From the human T2T-CHM13v2.0 reference genome, Homo sapiens, in assembly GCF_009914755.1 (NCBI RefSeq), contig NC_060930.1: a stretch of DNA of 64,000 nt, one strand, 5' to 3'. Below the pieces are notes generated by a model. That model did not search any database, was not told where the DNA came from, and was given only the letters and a program-made list of their open reading frames with translations. Both the position numbers and the translations under genes were made by a program. Positions 15,868-32,516 of the stretch are shown in pieces (the first letter of the stretch is position 1; every line of letters begins with the position of its first letter).

Positions 15868-18800
15868 CCACTGCATGGCAGCTGGCATCAATTACTCTCA
15901 TGGCTACTGCAGGTAAGTAAATGCTTCCCTCACATGTCCTTGGGGAGGCCTGGCTTGCCTTGGATTTCCTTGGGAGCCCTGCAACCGTGGCTCTCTTTGA
16001 GGCTCAAGAAAAGTTTTTTTTTTTTTCTAGCCATTTTTGTTGTTTTTAAGTGGACACTTTCTAGCTTTATTAATCCTAACTAGAAGTAGACCATTTTCTT
16101 TGAGAGTACCCTCTCCAGAAACTAGGGAACAAACAAAAAAGAAATTTGCATTAATTTATATATTAATTATATTTATATTAATATATATAGCCATTTTTTT
16201 ACCTTTTTTAGATTATCAGCATCTGACTATATTTTCTCATCATGTTACCTAGCAACATGCACATAGGTGGTTAATAAAGAATACATTTAGAACTGCCAGG
16301 GAATAAAAGATGGTAGGAAAATTCAAATTTTCAAATTCTGGGACTGTGATAATTTCAATTGTATAAAATGTCAATGACCTACACCAGTGTTTCACTATTA
16401 GAAAAACAAAGCAGTCAGTACTACCTGTTTGCATTAAATAATGGCTCTTTAGAGTGTCTAGAAAATCATCCATCAGCAACAAGGTACAGTGACTCCAGTT
16501 TTATAATGTCCCACTTGTGTTAATTTTGTAACCTTCTTTAATAGTTTTATCCATGTGAATTCATCTTTTATCTCTGATAAACTGTTTTCCATGTATGACT
16601 TAATTTTGGAAATTGGTGTTTCTCCTTAAAAGTGATTTTATTGCTATTTAAATTAGTAGGACTGACAGAAATTCTTCTTTGATCAGCATTTTCCAGGAAA
16701 GTGGGGGAAGGAAAGGGAAGACAAGGAGCCTGTTACAAAAGGGTATTCAACCACTCTATTGTTGGGGCTGAAAATTTCCTTGCGCTTGAAACACCCCATT
16801 GACACTCACACTCTGGAAATAGAGACAGGCAGTGCCGGGCAACAGAGGGATTAGTTGTAATTGCTAAGTTCTTTTGAGTACATTTAACCAAGTAGCAGAA
16901 GCACATTCTTCCATGAATTCAGAAGCCTGCTAGCAGGCAGTGTTATATTACTCCTGGGTGGGAAAGAAATCATATGGGAGCAGCAAGAACAGCTCATGGA
17001 GAAAAATTACCATTTTATATTTATTACTTTGGCTAGCTTAAGTGCCATAGGAATAGACTCTCTAATGCATTAAAGAGCAATTCCCTAACAATTTGACTCT
17101 GTTGCTTGGTAAACTATTTTTAGGGACTGTCTCCGTCAGCTTTTAAAGGCACATGCCATCCCATTTTCAAAGGTTATTTTAGTGGTTTGTCAAAATGTTA
17201 TAAATAACAGAATCTCTCTCTTCAGATTAGAGCAATATGGGACAAACTGGGATGAAATCTGTATTCTTGAAAAAAACATGGCCCACTTTTTCTTGCTTGG
17301 TATTTTTCATTGCTAAACTCTGGTACAATTCCATTTCATATCTTTGATATGATGCTAATCTTGTAGTTTAGCTTGGCTTAGTTGAATAATCAGATAATAG
17401 GATTTTGTTGAAACCATGACTCAGAAGATAGCATGCACTTATCTTTGGCTGAGTCTAGATGCTAGGTGAATTTTGTTCCATACATGCACTGCTAGGTCAG
17501 CTCACTGGAGAAATCGCAATTGCCATTAAATATGAAATGTACTCAAAGCACTTTCATCTTGACATACCCCAGGATTTACCTAATATGAAATGAGATCTAG
17601 AATCTACATTTTGATATTTCGTTTGTTGAACTGCACAAAACAGTAATAAGAAGCCATTCTGGGGTGCATCTCCCTGAATGAGACGATCCTAAGTGGATTA
17701 ACTAATATCCCAAGGAAGTTCACATACCGTCAACACAAGAGGCTCCAAGGTTGTACAGGGTTTGTTAACTGACAAGCTGAGAACCTATGGCCCTCAAGAA
17801 GACTCACCATTGCAGTTATTACTTTTTATCAATTAAATTCCTTTTCTCCAGTAAGCTAATTATGCTAAGTACAGTATAAAGCACAAATCAAATGAAGCAG
17901 GTTTTCTTATACTTTTTTTTCTCCAACTCATGGAGTTCCAAGTTCTTGGAAGATGTATGGCCTTTTAAAAAATATGTTCAAATAATTACATTCACTGGAG
18001 AACAGAAGTAATGTGATTCTGGTGAACTGCCTAAGAGATTAATTTTTAGCTCTTTCTTAGAATAAATGGTCTGAATTTTTAATATCGTTCATTAATCTAT
18101 AAATATATAACACTACTGTGTTATTGTATATTATCATCTTCACATTGCTGCAACTTAAAAACTGACTTCTTTATAATATGCTAAATAAAGAAAACCAAAT
18201 ATAAATCAAGTAATAGGAAAGTAATAGTTGGTATATTGGATTTGTTGGTATAAGGCTCTTTATGTAAATTCTATTATAGTGAGTATAGTTCCTTCTGGCA
18301 ATCAGAAAATTAACCATATTTTAACAATTAAACTGTAAACTTCTTGAAAGCAGGGGTCTTATCTACCTTTGTATTTAAGTGTTTGAGTATCTAGCACAAC
18401 CAGTGTTCAAGACATGTTTACCAAGTAAATTAATTAACGGCTGAAGGGTGGATGGTTAAGGCTAAAATCTTTAATTTGACTGCATGAGGGCCTGATGAAG
18501 CCTGAATATAAATAAGTTTACATTAATTATCAAAATCACTGGAGATATTAACCTCTTAGAATAGGTTTTGTTATATTTTCCTCTTGAAAGGGCTTGAAAA
18601 TGTGCATTAATGCTTTTTATTTTCTCGATATACAGTACTTTAATTCATAGGAAAGTGCATGTTAAAACATATATAAAATAAAATGTTTCTCTTCACCAAA
18701 ATCTCAATTTTCTAAATTTAAAGCCCAAAATGTATTACTAGCAAGTGCAGAGTCTCAAGTAGGGTGCATGCCTCTCCCTATTTTCCAAGGTATATGGTCA

Positions 18801-20159
18801 TCTGAAGGGTCCTTAAACACAGGATTCATGCTCTGAATCTTCTTGGATTATTGATTTTACTTATAAAGTTGGAAAAATCCACATTGTCTTTATATATTAA
18901 AAGTTAAAACAGCTGTCTAATGGGGTAAAATACACTTTCTATTGTTTGGTTGAAAGACAAGACTTCAAATAAATACTAAAATCAGGGTTGGTCAATTTTC
19001 ACCAAAGGCACCTAGGGAATGCTTGTTCTTTTTCTTCTGCCTGGAGTTACTTCACTGGAATTGTGAGAAAACACTGATATGATGCAAACACTAGTGATCT
19101 GAAGACTTGGGTTCAAACCATTCTTTTTCGTCTTGCAAAGTATAAGCGTGTGTGTATGCCGTAATATAATTCGGGGAAAAGGTGGCTCATGTATAAAATC
19201 ATAACAAGAATTTCTTATCCAAAAGTTTCTTGGGAGTATTAAAATAATTATCTGTGAAATCCTTAGCCCATTGGATATCACATATTCAGCCCTCAATAAA
19301 GGTAGTTGACTGCTTGGTTGAATGTCAAGTCAACTTTCAGGTTACTTTCTGCTTATTATACTGTCACTGAAGCTAGAAAGGGACAGGATCATGCACTCTT
19401 GTTGACTGGAACATGGCTATGGAGAGCCTCTCATTGTTCTTTGTTCCATGGCAAATAGAGCAATGCCTTTCTATTTTCCCAGTGAACATTACTTATATAA
19501 ATATATTTTAAAAATCAATCTAGGTTCTCTCTATTGCACCTTCTTGTTGGGTCACTGAAGTGTTGAATAACTGTTGGAGTCTTGGCTAAGCAGGAGCAAT
19601 ATTTGATGGAATCTGACATTGCTTTAATATTCTGGGACATTCATACACATATGCAGCAGCAAGTACCTGGTAAATTGCCCATTTCAAGGTACTCTGTGGA
19701 TTTTTAAACTTTCGTGACAGTGTAATAAGAGAAATTTAATCTAAATTGACTTGACATTCAATAGGACATCCAACCAGACATTTCTGTGCTCTAAAATAAT
19801 TCTATTTGTTTCTCTGGGCAACTTTGACATTCTTCTTAGCTGTTTTCAATCTCTAAATTATAAAGATGTAAAAGCCCTTTAGCTCACTGGCTGTCACATT
19901 CCTTAACCTGATTGCTGTGACTTCAGATCTGTCTCCTACATCGTGTCCACTTTCTTCACCTCTTTTTCTGTGGGTCTCACTCTCCTGCCTCCTTACTCTG
20001 TTCATGACGTGCTTTAACATGTGTGAATGAGTGAGGACATAAGCATATGACTTCACGTGACTTGAAGGACATGGAACCATATCCTGATGTATTGAGCATG
20101 ACCTGACAAATCTTGTAAAGGATTGTAAGGGTTGGTCCAAGAGAGGACACAGGTCTTTT

Positions 20160-20280
20160 CATATTTATTTTCTTATCTTTTACCTCTTTCTTCATTCTCC
20201 ATCTCTCTGTCTCTCTCGTTTTCTCTCCTTCTCTCTCTTTCTCTTGCTCTTTCTTAATTTTCACTTCTTGCTTGCTTTCA
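20160..20280. repeat. CT-rich polypyrimidine low-complexity tract
   Basis: tctc/tttc-rich run. Confidence 0.7.
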
Positions 20281-20441
20281 CAACATAATTTATCTTTTCT
20301 CTTTACACTGCTTTAATTTCCTCTTGCTAATATGCTTCAAGTTCATTTACCAGTACATAATCTTTGTACCTGTCTTGTTAAGTCATAAAAAAAGACCTCA
20401 CAGGTACACCAAGAGTTATAAGGGCACAGAAAAATTTATAC

Positions 20442-20825
20442 TGTTAAGTTGAATTAAGTTTGGCCTAAAGGTTTCTCCATGCATGGAGAACTGCAGCCTA
20501 GCTTGCTGTGTAAACAGACTTTACCCATTCTTGTAACAACCAGCTCAGCCTCAACAAATCACCGCAGCCGTGTTGTAGCCAGTCACAGGCAGCCTACTGT
20601 TCAAACCTTGTTCAAGTAGGCCAATGCTGATCTGTACCCAGCCCATACTTTCTGTGCCTCACTTTGGTTTTCTTGCCCATAATTGCTATGCAGAAGGCAG
20701 CCCTGGTTCACTGTGCACTTACTGTGGTCTGGGGGCTGCCTGATTCACAAATCGTTCTTTATTCAATGTTCAATTAAAATCAGTAAAATCTAATTTGTCT
20801 AAAGTTTTAAAAAACTATATTAACA
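20442..20825 (+). mobile_element. MER57-family ERV1 solo LTR
   Basis: Starts tgttaagttgaattaagtttggcctaaaggtttctcc, ends ttgtctaaagtttt...ttaaca. Confidence 0.75.
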
Positions 20826-21283
20826 AGAAGAACATTCTTAAACTTGTTCTGAAACCTCAGTTAAAACTTCAATACTACCCACATAGTGGGTGAGCCTAAA
20901 AACCCTATTTTGTGAGGGAAAATTAATTTGACTTGTTGAACATGTGATGTAATCATCCCAGTAGAATTAAGTATAGTCTCTGATAGCAGGTGCTTCCTTT
21001 TGTTTAATCTGGTAAAGTTAGTATTGCATGGGTTTGGTGCTTTAAAAACTAAAGGAAATGGACAGAAAATGTAAATATTATTTAACTTAAATATTGGTCT
21101 AAATGTTAATGTGTATATATGCATGGCATGCTTGTGGTATCTTTCTAATGTTAACTGCCATTTAGAAATTAAAAGTGTCACATAGGTTTAACCAAACCCT
21201 TTAAATATTTTATTTATTGCCCCCTCACTCAGGATAGAGACAAAACAGAAACAAACACAAACACAAAGTAAACAGCTTCTTTG

Positions 21284-21697
21284 TGTTACCGGTGGAGGGA
21301 TTCCAGGTTCTTGGCATCTTGAACAAAGAACTGGACAAAATGCACAAACAAAGCAAGGAAAGAATGAAGCAACAAAAGCAGAGATTTACTGAAAATGAAA
21401 GTACTTTCCACAGGGTGGGAGCGAGCCTGAGCTTTTAGGGGCTCAAGAGCCTCATTACAGAATTTTCTGGGGTTTAAATACGCTCTAGAGGTTTCCATTG
21501 GTTACGTGGTATACTCTCTATGTAAATGAAGGAGTTGAAGTAACATTGCAAAGTTATTTACTGGGTGTATGCCATAGGGTGTAAATGGAGAGGATATTTC
21601 CTGTTATAGATGAAGTGTTTCCATTTGATTTAGTTCTAGGAAGTCAGCATGAATTGGCCTTATGTTCCCTGCCTCCAGACCCTATTCTCCTGCCTCA
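21284..21697 (-). mobile_element. MER51A solo LTR
   Basis: Reverse complement begins tgaggcaggagaatagggtctggaggcagggaac and ends ...ccaccggtaaca. Confidence 0.85.
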
Positions 21698-22329
21698 CCT
21701 GGTCCACAGACATGCTTTTTCAATGGGTAGATTGCTCTTATTTTTAATAATAGCAACCTTTTTTTAATAGCATCTTCCTGGATAACAGAATGCATCCCCC
21801 CATCTCTTGAACCGTTTGCGGAACCTTCCTTGGTGGAGTGGTGCTTCTTTGAGTCTTGACAGATGTAAACATCTAGGAAGGTGGAATCATGGCATGGGGC
21901 TCAGGGGTGCCTTGGCATAACTATGAGAAATAGGCTTTCTTCTCTCAGGTCCTGTTTTTCCTTCCTTGCCATCATCTACCTCCTTTTCCCTTAGCCACCT
22001 GTTGTGTGGACTCACACCATTTATGTTGAGTTCACAGCCATTTATATCATTAAGTAGATGATACAGAGAAAGAACAAAAGAAACACATTTAATTTTAATC
22101 AGGCCACTATACACAATCATGAATCAAGTGCTTCAGCAGTCACAACAATTTCTTTTCCTATGGTTCATAAGAAACTGCTCACTAAAACTTTGATTATGAT
22201 TTAATGATTAAATAGAGATTTGCTATGGGGGACAGATTGTTCATTTTCTTGGTCTTTCTTTAAAGACCTGATTTATACTCATCTAAGTAAATAAACTACT
22301 TCCTGCTCTGTGCTCTCAGACAGTCTTTT

Positions 22330-23140
22330 ATCTCAGCCAAGATGCCTGCATGTCCCCACAGCTTGACTAAACTTTAGACAGGTTTCTTCCTGACTTTAGG
22401 CTTCTGGTCTCCCTTTTGTTAGAGCATTTGCTTTAGAAAACTTGTCACTGTAAATTCTTTCTCTATCCCTTTGAGATGTAAATCTCCCAACCTCTTGTCT
22501 GAATTTCTGGCTCCAGGACTGGGACTGGGAGCCACCTCTTTGAAATGTAATCATCAAGAAAGATACTGCCTCTGTCTCCCAGTCGCTGTGGGAGAATAGG
22601 AGCCTGTGTTAGTCTGTTCTGTGTTGCTATAAGGGAATATCCAAGGCTGGGTCATTTATAAATAAAAGTTTGTTTTGGCTTACGGTTCTGCAGACAGTAC
22701 AAGAAACATGGAACCATCATCTACTTCTGGTGAGACCTCAGGAAACTTCCACTCATTGCAGAAGGTGAAGAGGGAGCAGGCATGTCACAGGGTGAAAGAG
22801 AGAGAGCAAGAGAGAGGAGGAAGTGCCAGGCTCCTTTAAACAACAAGCTCTTGCATGAACTAATAGAGAATCTCACTCATTATTGCAAGGAGGGCACCAA
22901 GTCATTCATGAGGGATGCACCCCCATGACACAAACACCTCCCACTAGGCCCCACCTCCCACATTGGGGATCACATTTCAACATGAGATTTGGAGGGGACA
23001 ACACATCCAACCTGTATCAGAGCCTAACTTTGATAAGCGCCATTAGCAAATGCAGCTGGTCTAAGCCTATTGGCCAGCCTCCCCGCAAGCCTTCCTCCAA
23101 GGACGAAAGTGTCTTCCTTTCCTGTTTAACTCTGTCCAGT
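22330..23140 (+). mobile_element. MER39/MER34-like LTR interrupted by MSTB
   Basis: actaaactttagacaggtttcttcctgac...caagaaagata...gggagaataggagcc|taacttt, continuous across the MSTB. Confidence 0.65.
22605..23019 (-). mobile_element. MSTB solo LTR
   Basis: MST LTR text; 5-bp TSD GAGCC at 22600-22604 and 23020-23024. Confidence 0.85.
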
Positions 23141-24063
23141 GCAGTTTTTATATGACGGTCTTAGTGATGAAGGTTGTTCCTGGACTGTGAGTCTATCTGT
23201 CTCACTTCACTGTGAGTCCTGAGGTCTGGGAATAGGGACTAAGCTCCATTCATCTTTGTATCCTCCAGGAGTGGCCATACATCAGTGCCCTTGGGATAAT
23301 TCTTTAAAAATTAAGTAAAAGTTAAAAATGCAGCAAAAATCCCAAATGATATCAAGGCAAATACAAACACTGATACACTGCATTCTAGGCCTGGGATTTC
23401 CAGTATTTTTCTTCTGCACCAATAAGCTTGGGGTATTATAGAGGTAATAGTTGAAGATACAGCGAAGTAACAGAACCAAAATCTCTGTGTAGACTAGGTT
23501 CAGAAAGGAAATACTGGCAAGATTTTTGTTGCTAAATGCTGTTTTTGATTCTAGCTCTGAATGGGTCATTATTATTTTCCAAATGAGAAAAAGTCACTTT
23601 CTTCTGTAATTTTTTTGTTTATCCTACTAATCTGGAGTCAAAGACTGCTAGAACCAAAGGCAGCCTGAAAAGTATCAAATCAAAAGCTCTAGTGTTACAG
23701 AGAAGAAACCGGAGCCTGAAGGTTTATGTCGTTGCTCGCGTGATGGAATTACGTCTCTTGGCCTCTGTATAAAGCCCTTTCACTAAATTGTGTGATAATC
23801 CATCTGCAGCCCAAGAAGAATACCATGGAGCACATTTTAAATATGATTAGTCCTGCCTCCATTGTTGAACATTAGCAAAGTTCTACTAAGCAATGACTGT
23901 TCAATTCATAGTGTATTACATTTCTCCTTGAAGCTTTTCTGAGTTTAAGATAGGTTTACAAATCCATGTTAATGTATCCAAAACTCTAAGAAACTCTTTT
24001 TCAATATATATGTGTATATATATGTAAATTCTATTTTTAACTTTATATTATTTTATAAAGTTT

Positions 24064-25280
<1,217 letters not shown>

Positions 25281-25576
25281 ATATAAAAATTAACTCAAGA
25301 TAGATTAAAGACTTAAATGTAAAACCCAAAATTATAAATACCCTAGAAGGCAATGTAGGCAATACCATTCAGGACATAGGCATGGACAAAGATTTCATGG
25401 CAAAGATGCCAAAAGCAATTGCAACAAAAGCAAAAATTGACAAATGGGATCTAATTAAACGTAAGAGCTTCTGCACAGCAAAAGAAACTGTCAACAGAGT
25501 AAACAGCCTACAGAATGTCAGAAAATTTTTGCAAACTATGCATCTGACGGAAGTCTAATATCCAGCATCTATAAAG
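25281..25576 (+). mobile_element. Inverted L1 ORF2 segment of the same insertion
   Basis: aaaaattaactcaaga...gtctaatatccagcatctataaag in sense; candidate TSD tataaagttt at 24054-24063 and 25570-25579. Confidence 0.88.
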
Positions 25577-26549
25577 TTTCAAATATCAAAATAAAAATGA
25601 TAATTCATGGGAGAAAGGCACCAGCACATTTGGTCAAAATCCCTTTAGGTATAATGCTGACAACATGCAACTTGTAAATTTTACTTTTGTAACTTTTTAT
25701 TCCTAAGAAAGCTGTCAGCTTTTCATACCCTACCCAGCAATCATCTCCTTGTGCCAGAGTCCTTTTGAAAATGTAATAATCACTGAAACACAAGGATACC
25801 AGCAACATAAAGACGTTTTCACAGCTTTTAATTAACTCCTGGGATTTTTGTTTCAAAAAGTGCATTGTTTTAGGAGTAGCAATTATAAGCTATTTTGGCT
25901 CCCTCATTTACTCCTGGGTTTCTGACTGTTTCTTTTGGGTTTAGAAGAGAGAACAATTAGGAAAAGAGCAATGATAGGGTTGTTGCTTGACATTCCTAAC
26001 CCAGCCCCTGATCCTGAGTCACCCTGGTCATAGAAACAAAGGCAGGGAAGTTAGGGTCATGATTTCTACCATACTCTTTTCTTGCAACTTCAGGACATAT
26101 ATTTTTGACCCTCATCTGCTCCTTTCCAAGTTCAAAATATCATCTCAAAAGCAGAGCTATGAAAAGTTTCTTCCCGATTGCTGAAGGTTTTGGTAAAAAG
26201 AAATCTGAAAACGTTTCAGAGAAAGTGATAGCATAGTGGCCCTTTGCTGTTGAACAGTGAGATGAAACCCTACAGAAGAGTCCAGTCTGGCTTTCTTGAT
26301 GATTTCCTTGTTTCCACTGGAATTTTTTTTCTACCAATTAAATGTTGTTTTCCTTTTTAGTTACATTTATGTCTCCATTTATTTATAATGTCATCTTAGC
26401 ATTTCTCAGTCATCGTTTAGTCAAGATGTTAGGAATCAGCAGCCTCAGTTTCTCCACTTTTTAATTCACTGTGTTTTCTGAATCCTCTTTTGTTCTCTCC
26501 ATGTTACTATACAAATATTTCTGATCATTATCCCAGCCTTCATTTAAGG

Positions 26550-27383
26550 CAATGGTTCTCGACCCCTTTGGCACCAGAGACTGGTTTTGTGGAAAACAAT
26601 CTTTCTACAGTTAGGGCAGGGAGGGAGGGAATGGTTTCAGGATGTTTCAAGTGCATTACATTTATTGTGTACTTTATTTCTATTATTATTACATTGTAAT
26701 ATATAATAAAATAATATTACATATATAATATAGGATCAGTGGAAGCCCTGAGCTTGTTTTCTTGCAACTAGATGGTACTAACTGGGGATGAAAAGAGACA
26801 GTGACAGATCATCAGGCATTAGATTTTCATAAGGAGCATGCAGCCTAGATCCCTTGTATGTGCAGTTCACAATAAGGTTGGTGCTCCTATGAGAATCTAA
26901 TGATGCTGCCACTGATCTGACAGGAGGTGGAGATCAGGTGGTAACGCAAGTGACATGGAATGGCTGTAAAAACAGATGAGGTAGGCCAGGCATGGTGGCT
27001 CATGCCTGTAATCCCAGCACTTTGGGAGGCCGAGGCGGGTAGGTCACCTGAGGTTAGGAGTTTGAGACCAGCCCCCTGTCTGTACTAAAAATACAAAACT
27101 TAGCCAGGCGTGTGGCGCATGCCTGTAATCCCAGCTACTAGGGATGCTGAGGCAGGAGAATCACTTGAAACCAGGAGGCAGAGGTTGCAGTGAGCTGAGA
27201 TCATGCCATTGCACTACAGCCTGGGCAACAAGAGCAAAATTCCATCTCAAAAAACAAAACAAAACAAAACAAAACAAACAAAAAAACAGGTGAAGCTTCG
27301 CTGCTCACTTCCTGTGTGGTGGCCTGTTTCCTAACAGGTCATGAACTGGTATCTGCTTATGGCCTGGGGTTTGGGGACCCCTG
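26550..27383 (-). mobile_element. MER1A hAT-Charlie MITE interrupted by an Alu
   Basis: MER1A text, terminus ggggacccctg; 8-bp hAT TSD ATTTAAGG at 26542-26549 and 27384-27391. Confidence 0.92.
26984..27287 (+). mobile_element. AluS (Sq/Sp-like) with small internal deletion
   Basis: Alu with (CAAAA)n tail; flanks aaaaacagatgag and aaaaacaggtgaag. Confidence 0.93.
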
Positions 27384-27929
27384 ATTTAAGGCACTTGTTA
27401 AGAGATGATATATCATTACCCACTAATTTTTAAATAAAAAGTCCAATTAAGCTATATGTAAAGATTTTAAAAATGTAACTTTATGGAAATAGGAAAAATG
27501 TTTAGTCTAAAATTTTCTGGGTTTCAACCACTTATTAAAAACCATGCTTGTTAAAATTAATTAACTTTAGTTGCTGTTACTTACTTATTTTTTAAGTTTA
27601 CATGCATATGTATGATCTTTTTTGATATATGTCTCTTTGTTAATTTCAACCTCGTAATTTACAGCAATCTCAAGCTTGTTCAAAAATGGTAATAGATAAA
27701 TTTTGAACAACCTGTTCAGAAGCACTCTGCAGTGTATTACCCTTGAACTATATATTGTTGTTTATCATAATAAGATGGAGATTATAACCTGTTGGTAATT
27801 TTTCCAATGTAGTTAATTTTATTTGTACTGTAGTTGCCTTTTGAGCTAATTTTTAAAAAACACAATATCATCAAAAACTTAATTGAAGTCTAAACTGATA
27901 GCGTCTATGACATCATTTTTTCTTAATAA

Positions 27930-28735
27930 AAATTGTATTAAAATATAATTCATATACCGTATAAATCACCCATTTGAGGTGTGTGATTCAATGTTTTTAT
28001 ATTCAGTGTTGTTCAACTATCAGTTTTACAAGTTTTAGAATACCTTGATCAACCCAAAAAGAAACGGCATGCCTAGTAACAGTCGCTCCCCTTTTCCCTC
28101 CTATGTATCCAGCCCTAGGCAACCACTGATCTGCTTCCTCTCTTTGGATTTCCTTATTCCAGACATTTCATACAAATGGGATCATATCATATGTGGTATT
28201 TTACGACTGGCTTCTTTCACTCACCAAGATGTTCTCCAGGCTTATTCCGTTGTAGTGTGTGCTGGTAATTCTTTCATTCTTGTTGTGCAACAGTTTCCAT
28301 TATGGATGCATCACATTTTATACATCCATTTATCAGTTGATGGACATTTGGGATGTTTCCACTTTTTCACTGCTGTGAATAGTGCTTCAGTGAACATGAA
28401 TGTACAGGTTTTTGTGTGGACACATGCTTCATCTATTTTGGTTGTGCACCTAGGAATGGATCACTAGGTCACATGGTAACTCTACATTTAACTTTTTGAA
28501 GAACTTCCAGACTGTTTTCCAGAAATACTGCACCATTTTATATTCCCCCTAAGAATGTATAAGGGTTCTAATTTCCCCACATTTCTGCCAACGCTGCTTA
28601 TTAAAAATCTTTTGGAACATAGGTATCCAAATGAGTGGGATGTGGCATTTACTGTGGTTGTCATTTTACTTTCCTCTGTTCAATGATGTTGAATATCTTT
28701 TCTTGTACTTTTTGACCATTTATATATCTTTGCAC
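27930..28735 (-). mobile_element. L1MB-type 3' end
   Basis: aaatataattcatatac...ccagccctaggcaaccactgatctgc...gatggacatttgggatgtttcc. Confidence 0.8.
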
Positions 28736-29855
28736 TTACTTTTAACCAATTAATTTTGTAATTCTATCAAAAGCTAGCTTTATTTTGCTCTTTAAAAAAT
28801 TTCTTTCTTAAATTTTTCATTCCCGATAACACATGATATCTTTTATTTGATTCCTTTTAGAACATTGACCCCTATGCTTCTGAGAGTGAGGATTTCTTCT
28901 TTATTAATGTTTCAGATCACATCTTCAAGTCTCTTTCACATGAAGCTGTCTACAACTTTTCCTGATTCCAAACAATGTGATTCTATGTGCAATAAGATTT
29001 TGGTTAGAACTTATTAATTATTATCATTACAAATAAATGTAAGTCCATTCATGTTTTGCATATTCCAATCTTTTGCATGAACATAGAACTGTGTGGCCCT
29101 GAGCAATCAGGTTTTTTATCACAACTGTGTCCTGGAATTCTCCCCTGAAAAAATCTGCTGAAACAAGTAACCTCATATTTAGTTTACCTCACAAATATTT
29201 ATTACTGTGTCAAGGCATGAAACACAATATCTTGAAATCATTGAACCTAGTCTCCATTTTTATATTACAAATTGAATTTCCAGACTAATTTAACATGCAT
29301 GTGGCTTTTTTACAAACACTGTTAGAAACGAGCATTTTTGGAAGCTTTGCACACTACAAGGCATCTGCTAAAGGCTCTGGATGCATCATCTCATTTAATT
29401 CTAACTACACTATGAAATGGGCAGATTTGTTTTCCCCACTTTATACATTAGACAAGATGCAGAAAGATTATACAACCAGTCAGAGGTTTGTAATAAGTAA
29501 AGGGTTAGGTAAGATGTAGAGCCAGTTAGCTGCCATAACATTGTCCCTCTTCTATGTTTTACTATTTCCTTAGGCTTGAAAATATCAGATTGAAAATTAT
29601 TCAAGACATTAAATTAACCAAGACAGAAAATTAACCAAGACAGAGGCTCTTCGAGTATAACCCTCAAAGCTTAGCTCAAATGCTACTTGCTTTATGAAAG
29701 TGCCCTTCCTTTCAGTCTTGATGTAGTACCTCATTCTCTTCGCTCACAAAATGTTTTATTTGTCTCCCTTTCGTACCACTATTCACTGTTGGACTATAGA
29801 GACTAATCAGAACAGTATTCCCTAAGTGTAGAGACTGTCTTATTGACTTTGTTCC

Positions 29856-30160
29856 TTTTTTTTTTTTTTTTTTTTTTTTGAGACGGAGTCTCACTCTGTC
29901 GCCCAGGCTGGAGTGCAGTGGCTCGATCTCGGCTCACTGCAAGCTCCGCCTCCTGGGTTCATGCCATTCTCCTGCCTCAGCCTCTGGAGGAGCTGGGACT
30001 ACAGGCACCCGCCACAGTGCCCAGCTAATTTTTTGTATTTTTAGTAGAGACGGGGTTTCACCGTGTTAGCCAGGATGGTCTTGATCTCCTGACCTCATGA
30101 TCCGCCTGCCTTGGACTCCCAAAGTGCTGAGATTATAGGCATGAGCCACCCCGCCTGGCC
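29856..30160 (-). mobile_element. AluY (within an L2-like remnant)
   Basis: AluY diagnostics; TSD tgactttgttc at 29844-29854 and 30162-30172. Confidence 0.95.
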
Positions 30161-30542
30161 GTGACTTTGTTCTTTAATCTCTGCTGCTTGCCTTAAACAT
30201 GGCAAGTGCCCATTACAGGTTTGCTTTACTTAACTAAATTAAACTGTAGCCATATAAACAATTGTTCATTAAATGAAGACCTATTTTCAAGAATTATAAC
30301 TTCTGATATATTACATTGGAGAAACATTGCAATACAGGTTTCCCAAGAATGATTACTATATTTAAACAAATCCTGCATGTTAATATTCACCAATGGTTTT
30401 CTTTGTTCTGATGTGAAAAGTTTACGAGTGTTGAAGAGCCCAGATATTTTGATCTAGTTCAACCTAGATTCAAATATTAATCTCCACATTAAGTAATCAT
30501 GAGGCTTTGGGCAATTTTTAAAATATCTTTAAATTTCAATTT

Positions 30543-30852
30543 TGCCAGGTGCAGTGACTCACGCTTGTAATCTCAGTACTTTGGGAGGCCAAGGAAGGGT
30601 GGATCTCTTGAGGCCAGGAATTTAAGACCAGCTAGGCCAACGTGCTGAAAGCCCATCTCTACTCTACTAAAAATACAAAAATTAGCTGGACGTGGTGGTA
30701 TGCACCTGTAGTCCCAGCTACTCAGGAGGCTAAGGCATGAGAATCACTTGAACCCAGGAGGCAGAGGTGGCAGTGAGTAGAGATTCCACCACGGCACTCC
30801 AGCCTGGGAGATAGAGTGACACGGTTAAAAAAACAAACAAACAAACAAAAAA
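30543..30852 (+). mobile_element. AluS/J
   Basis: Diverged dimeric Alu with (AAAC)n tail, inside a MIR. Confidence 0.9.
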
Positions 30853-30900
30853 CCCTCAACTTTCTCATATCTTAAATGGGAGCATAAATACTAATCTCAG

Positions 30901-31234
<334 letters not shown>

Positions 31235-32198
31235 TTAAATAAAAAGATATCAAAACAGCACAATTTCTGTCACTGAACAGGTACTGTTAGTAAGGATAAT
31301 AATCAGTATTGCTCTGTTAGTCCTATAAAAGCAATGGCTTTTAATTATTTTTGTATTTGTCAAGTATAAGATAAATACAAGAGTCTCTAGACATATAATT
31401 CCCAATTCTCCACTGTTACTCATAAAATTGAGAAGAAAAAATGTCTTCACAACTCAAAAGTATTAGCCATTGCCTTTTCTAACAAAAGGGAACAACCGCT
31501 TATTCCAGACATGATAGCTGTGCTTTGGAATTCTCAGAATACAAGGGCTATAGAGAATGACTTCACCTCTCCAGAGAACTAAAGATAAGATTGGGAAAGA
31601 GCATCTGTAATTTAATGTTATAACCAGAAGAAAATGAGAATAGATGGGGTTGAACATGTCAGAGCAGTAAAAGGCAGTGAAATTATGGAACGCAGCCAAA
31701 TGCCAGGAAATACATAGATTATAACATAGAGATTAATAATGCCCTTTCTCAAATTAACTTTTTTTCCTTTCCTGTTCTGATATTTCAGGTTTGGTATTAT
31801 GTTTTGATATAACTGTTCATGGATTAAATCAAGTACGATTTTTCTGTTTTTATCTTTTTTTTAAGTTCACAACCTGATATGAAAGTCCTCCAGCATGAAA
31901 AGCATGCACTCAGACTGTGGAGACATGCCTGACTGTCTATTTCAACACAACTCGTGCTCAGGGCTGTATGTAAGCACAGAGCAGAACCCAAGCAGGGAAC
32001 ATGGACAGAGGAAATTGGCCACATGCTATTATTACCCCATCCACATTGATGGCTCTAATAAGTCCACAGAATGTTTTAATAAATCGTTTAGAAATATACT
32101 TGCATCATGTCTTCTGTTTCCTTCTCTCAAAGAAGAAAAAAATATGATGGTATTGCTAGCAAAATTGGGGAGTTCTGAGATAAACCCAGCACTTTTCC

Positions 32199-32516
<318 letters not shown>
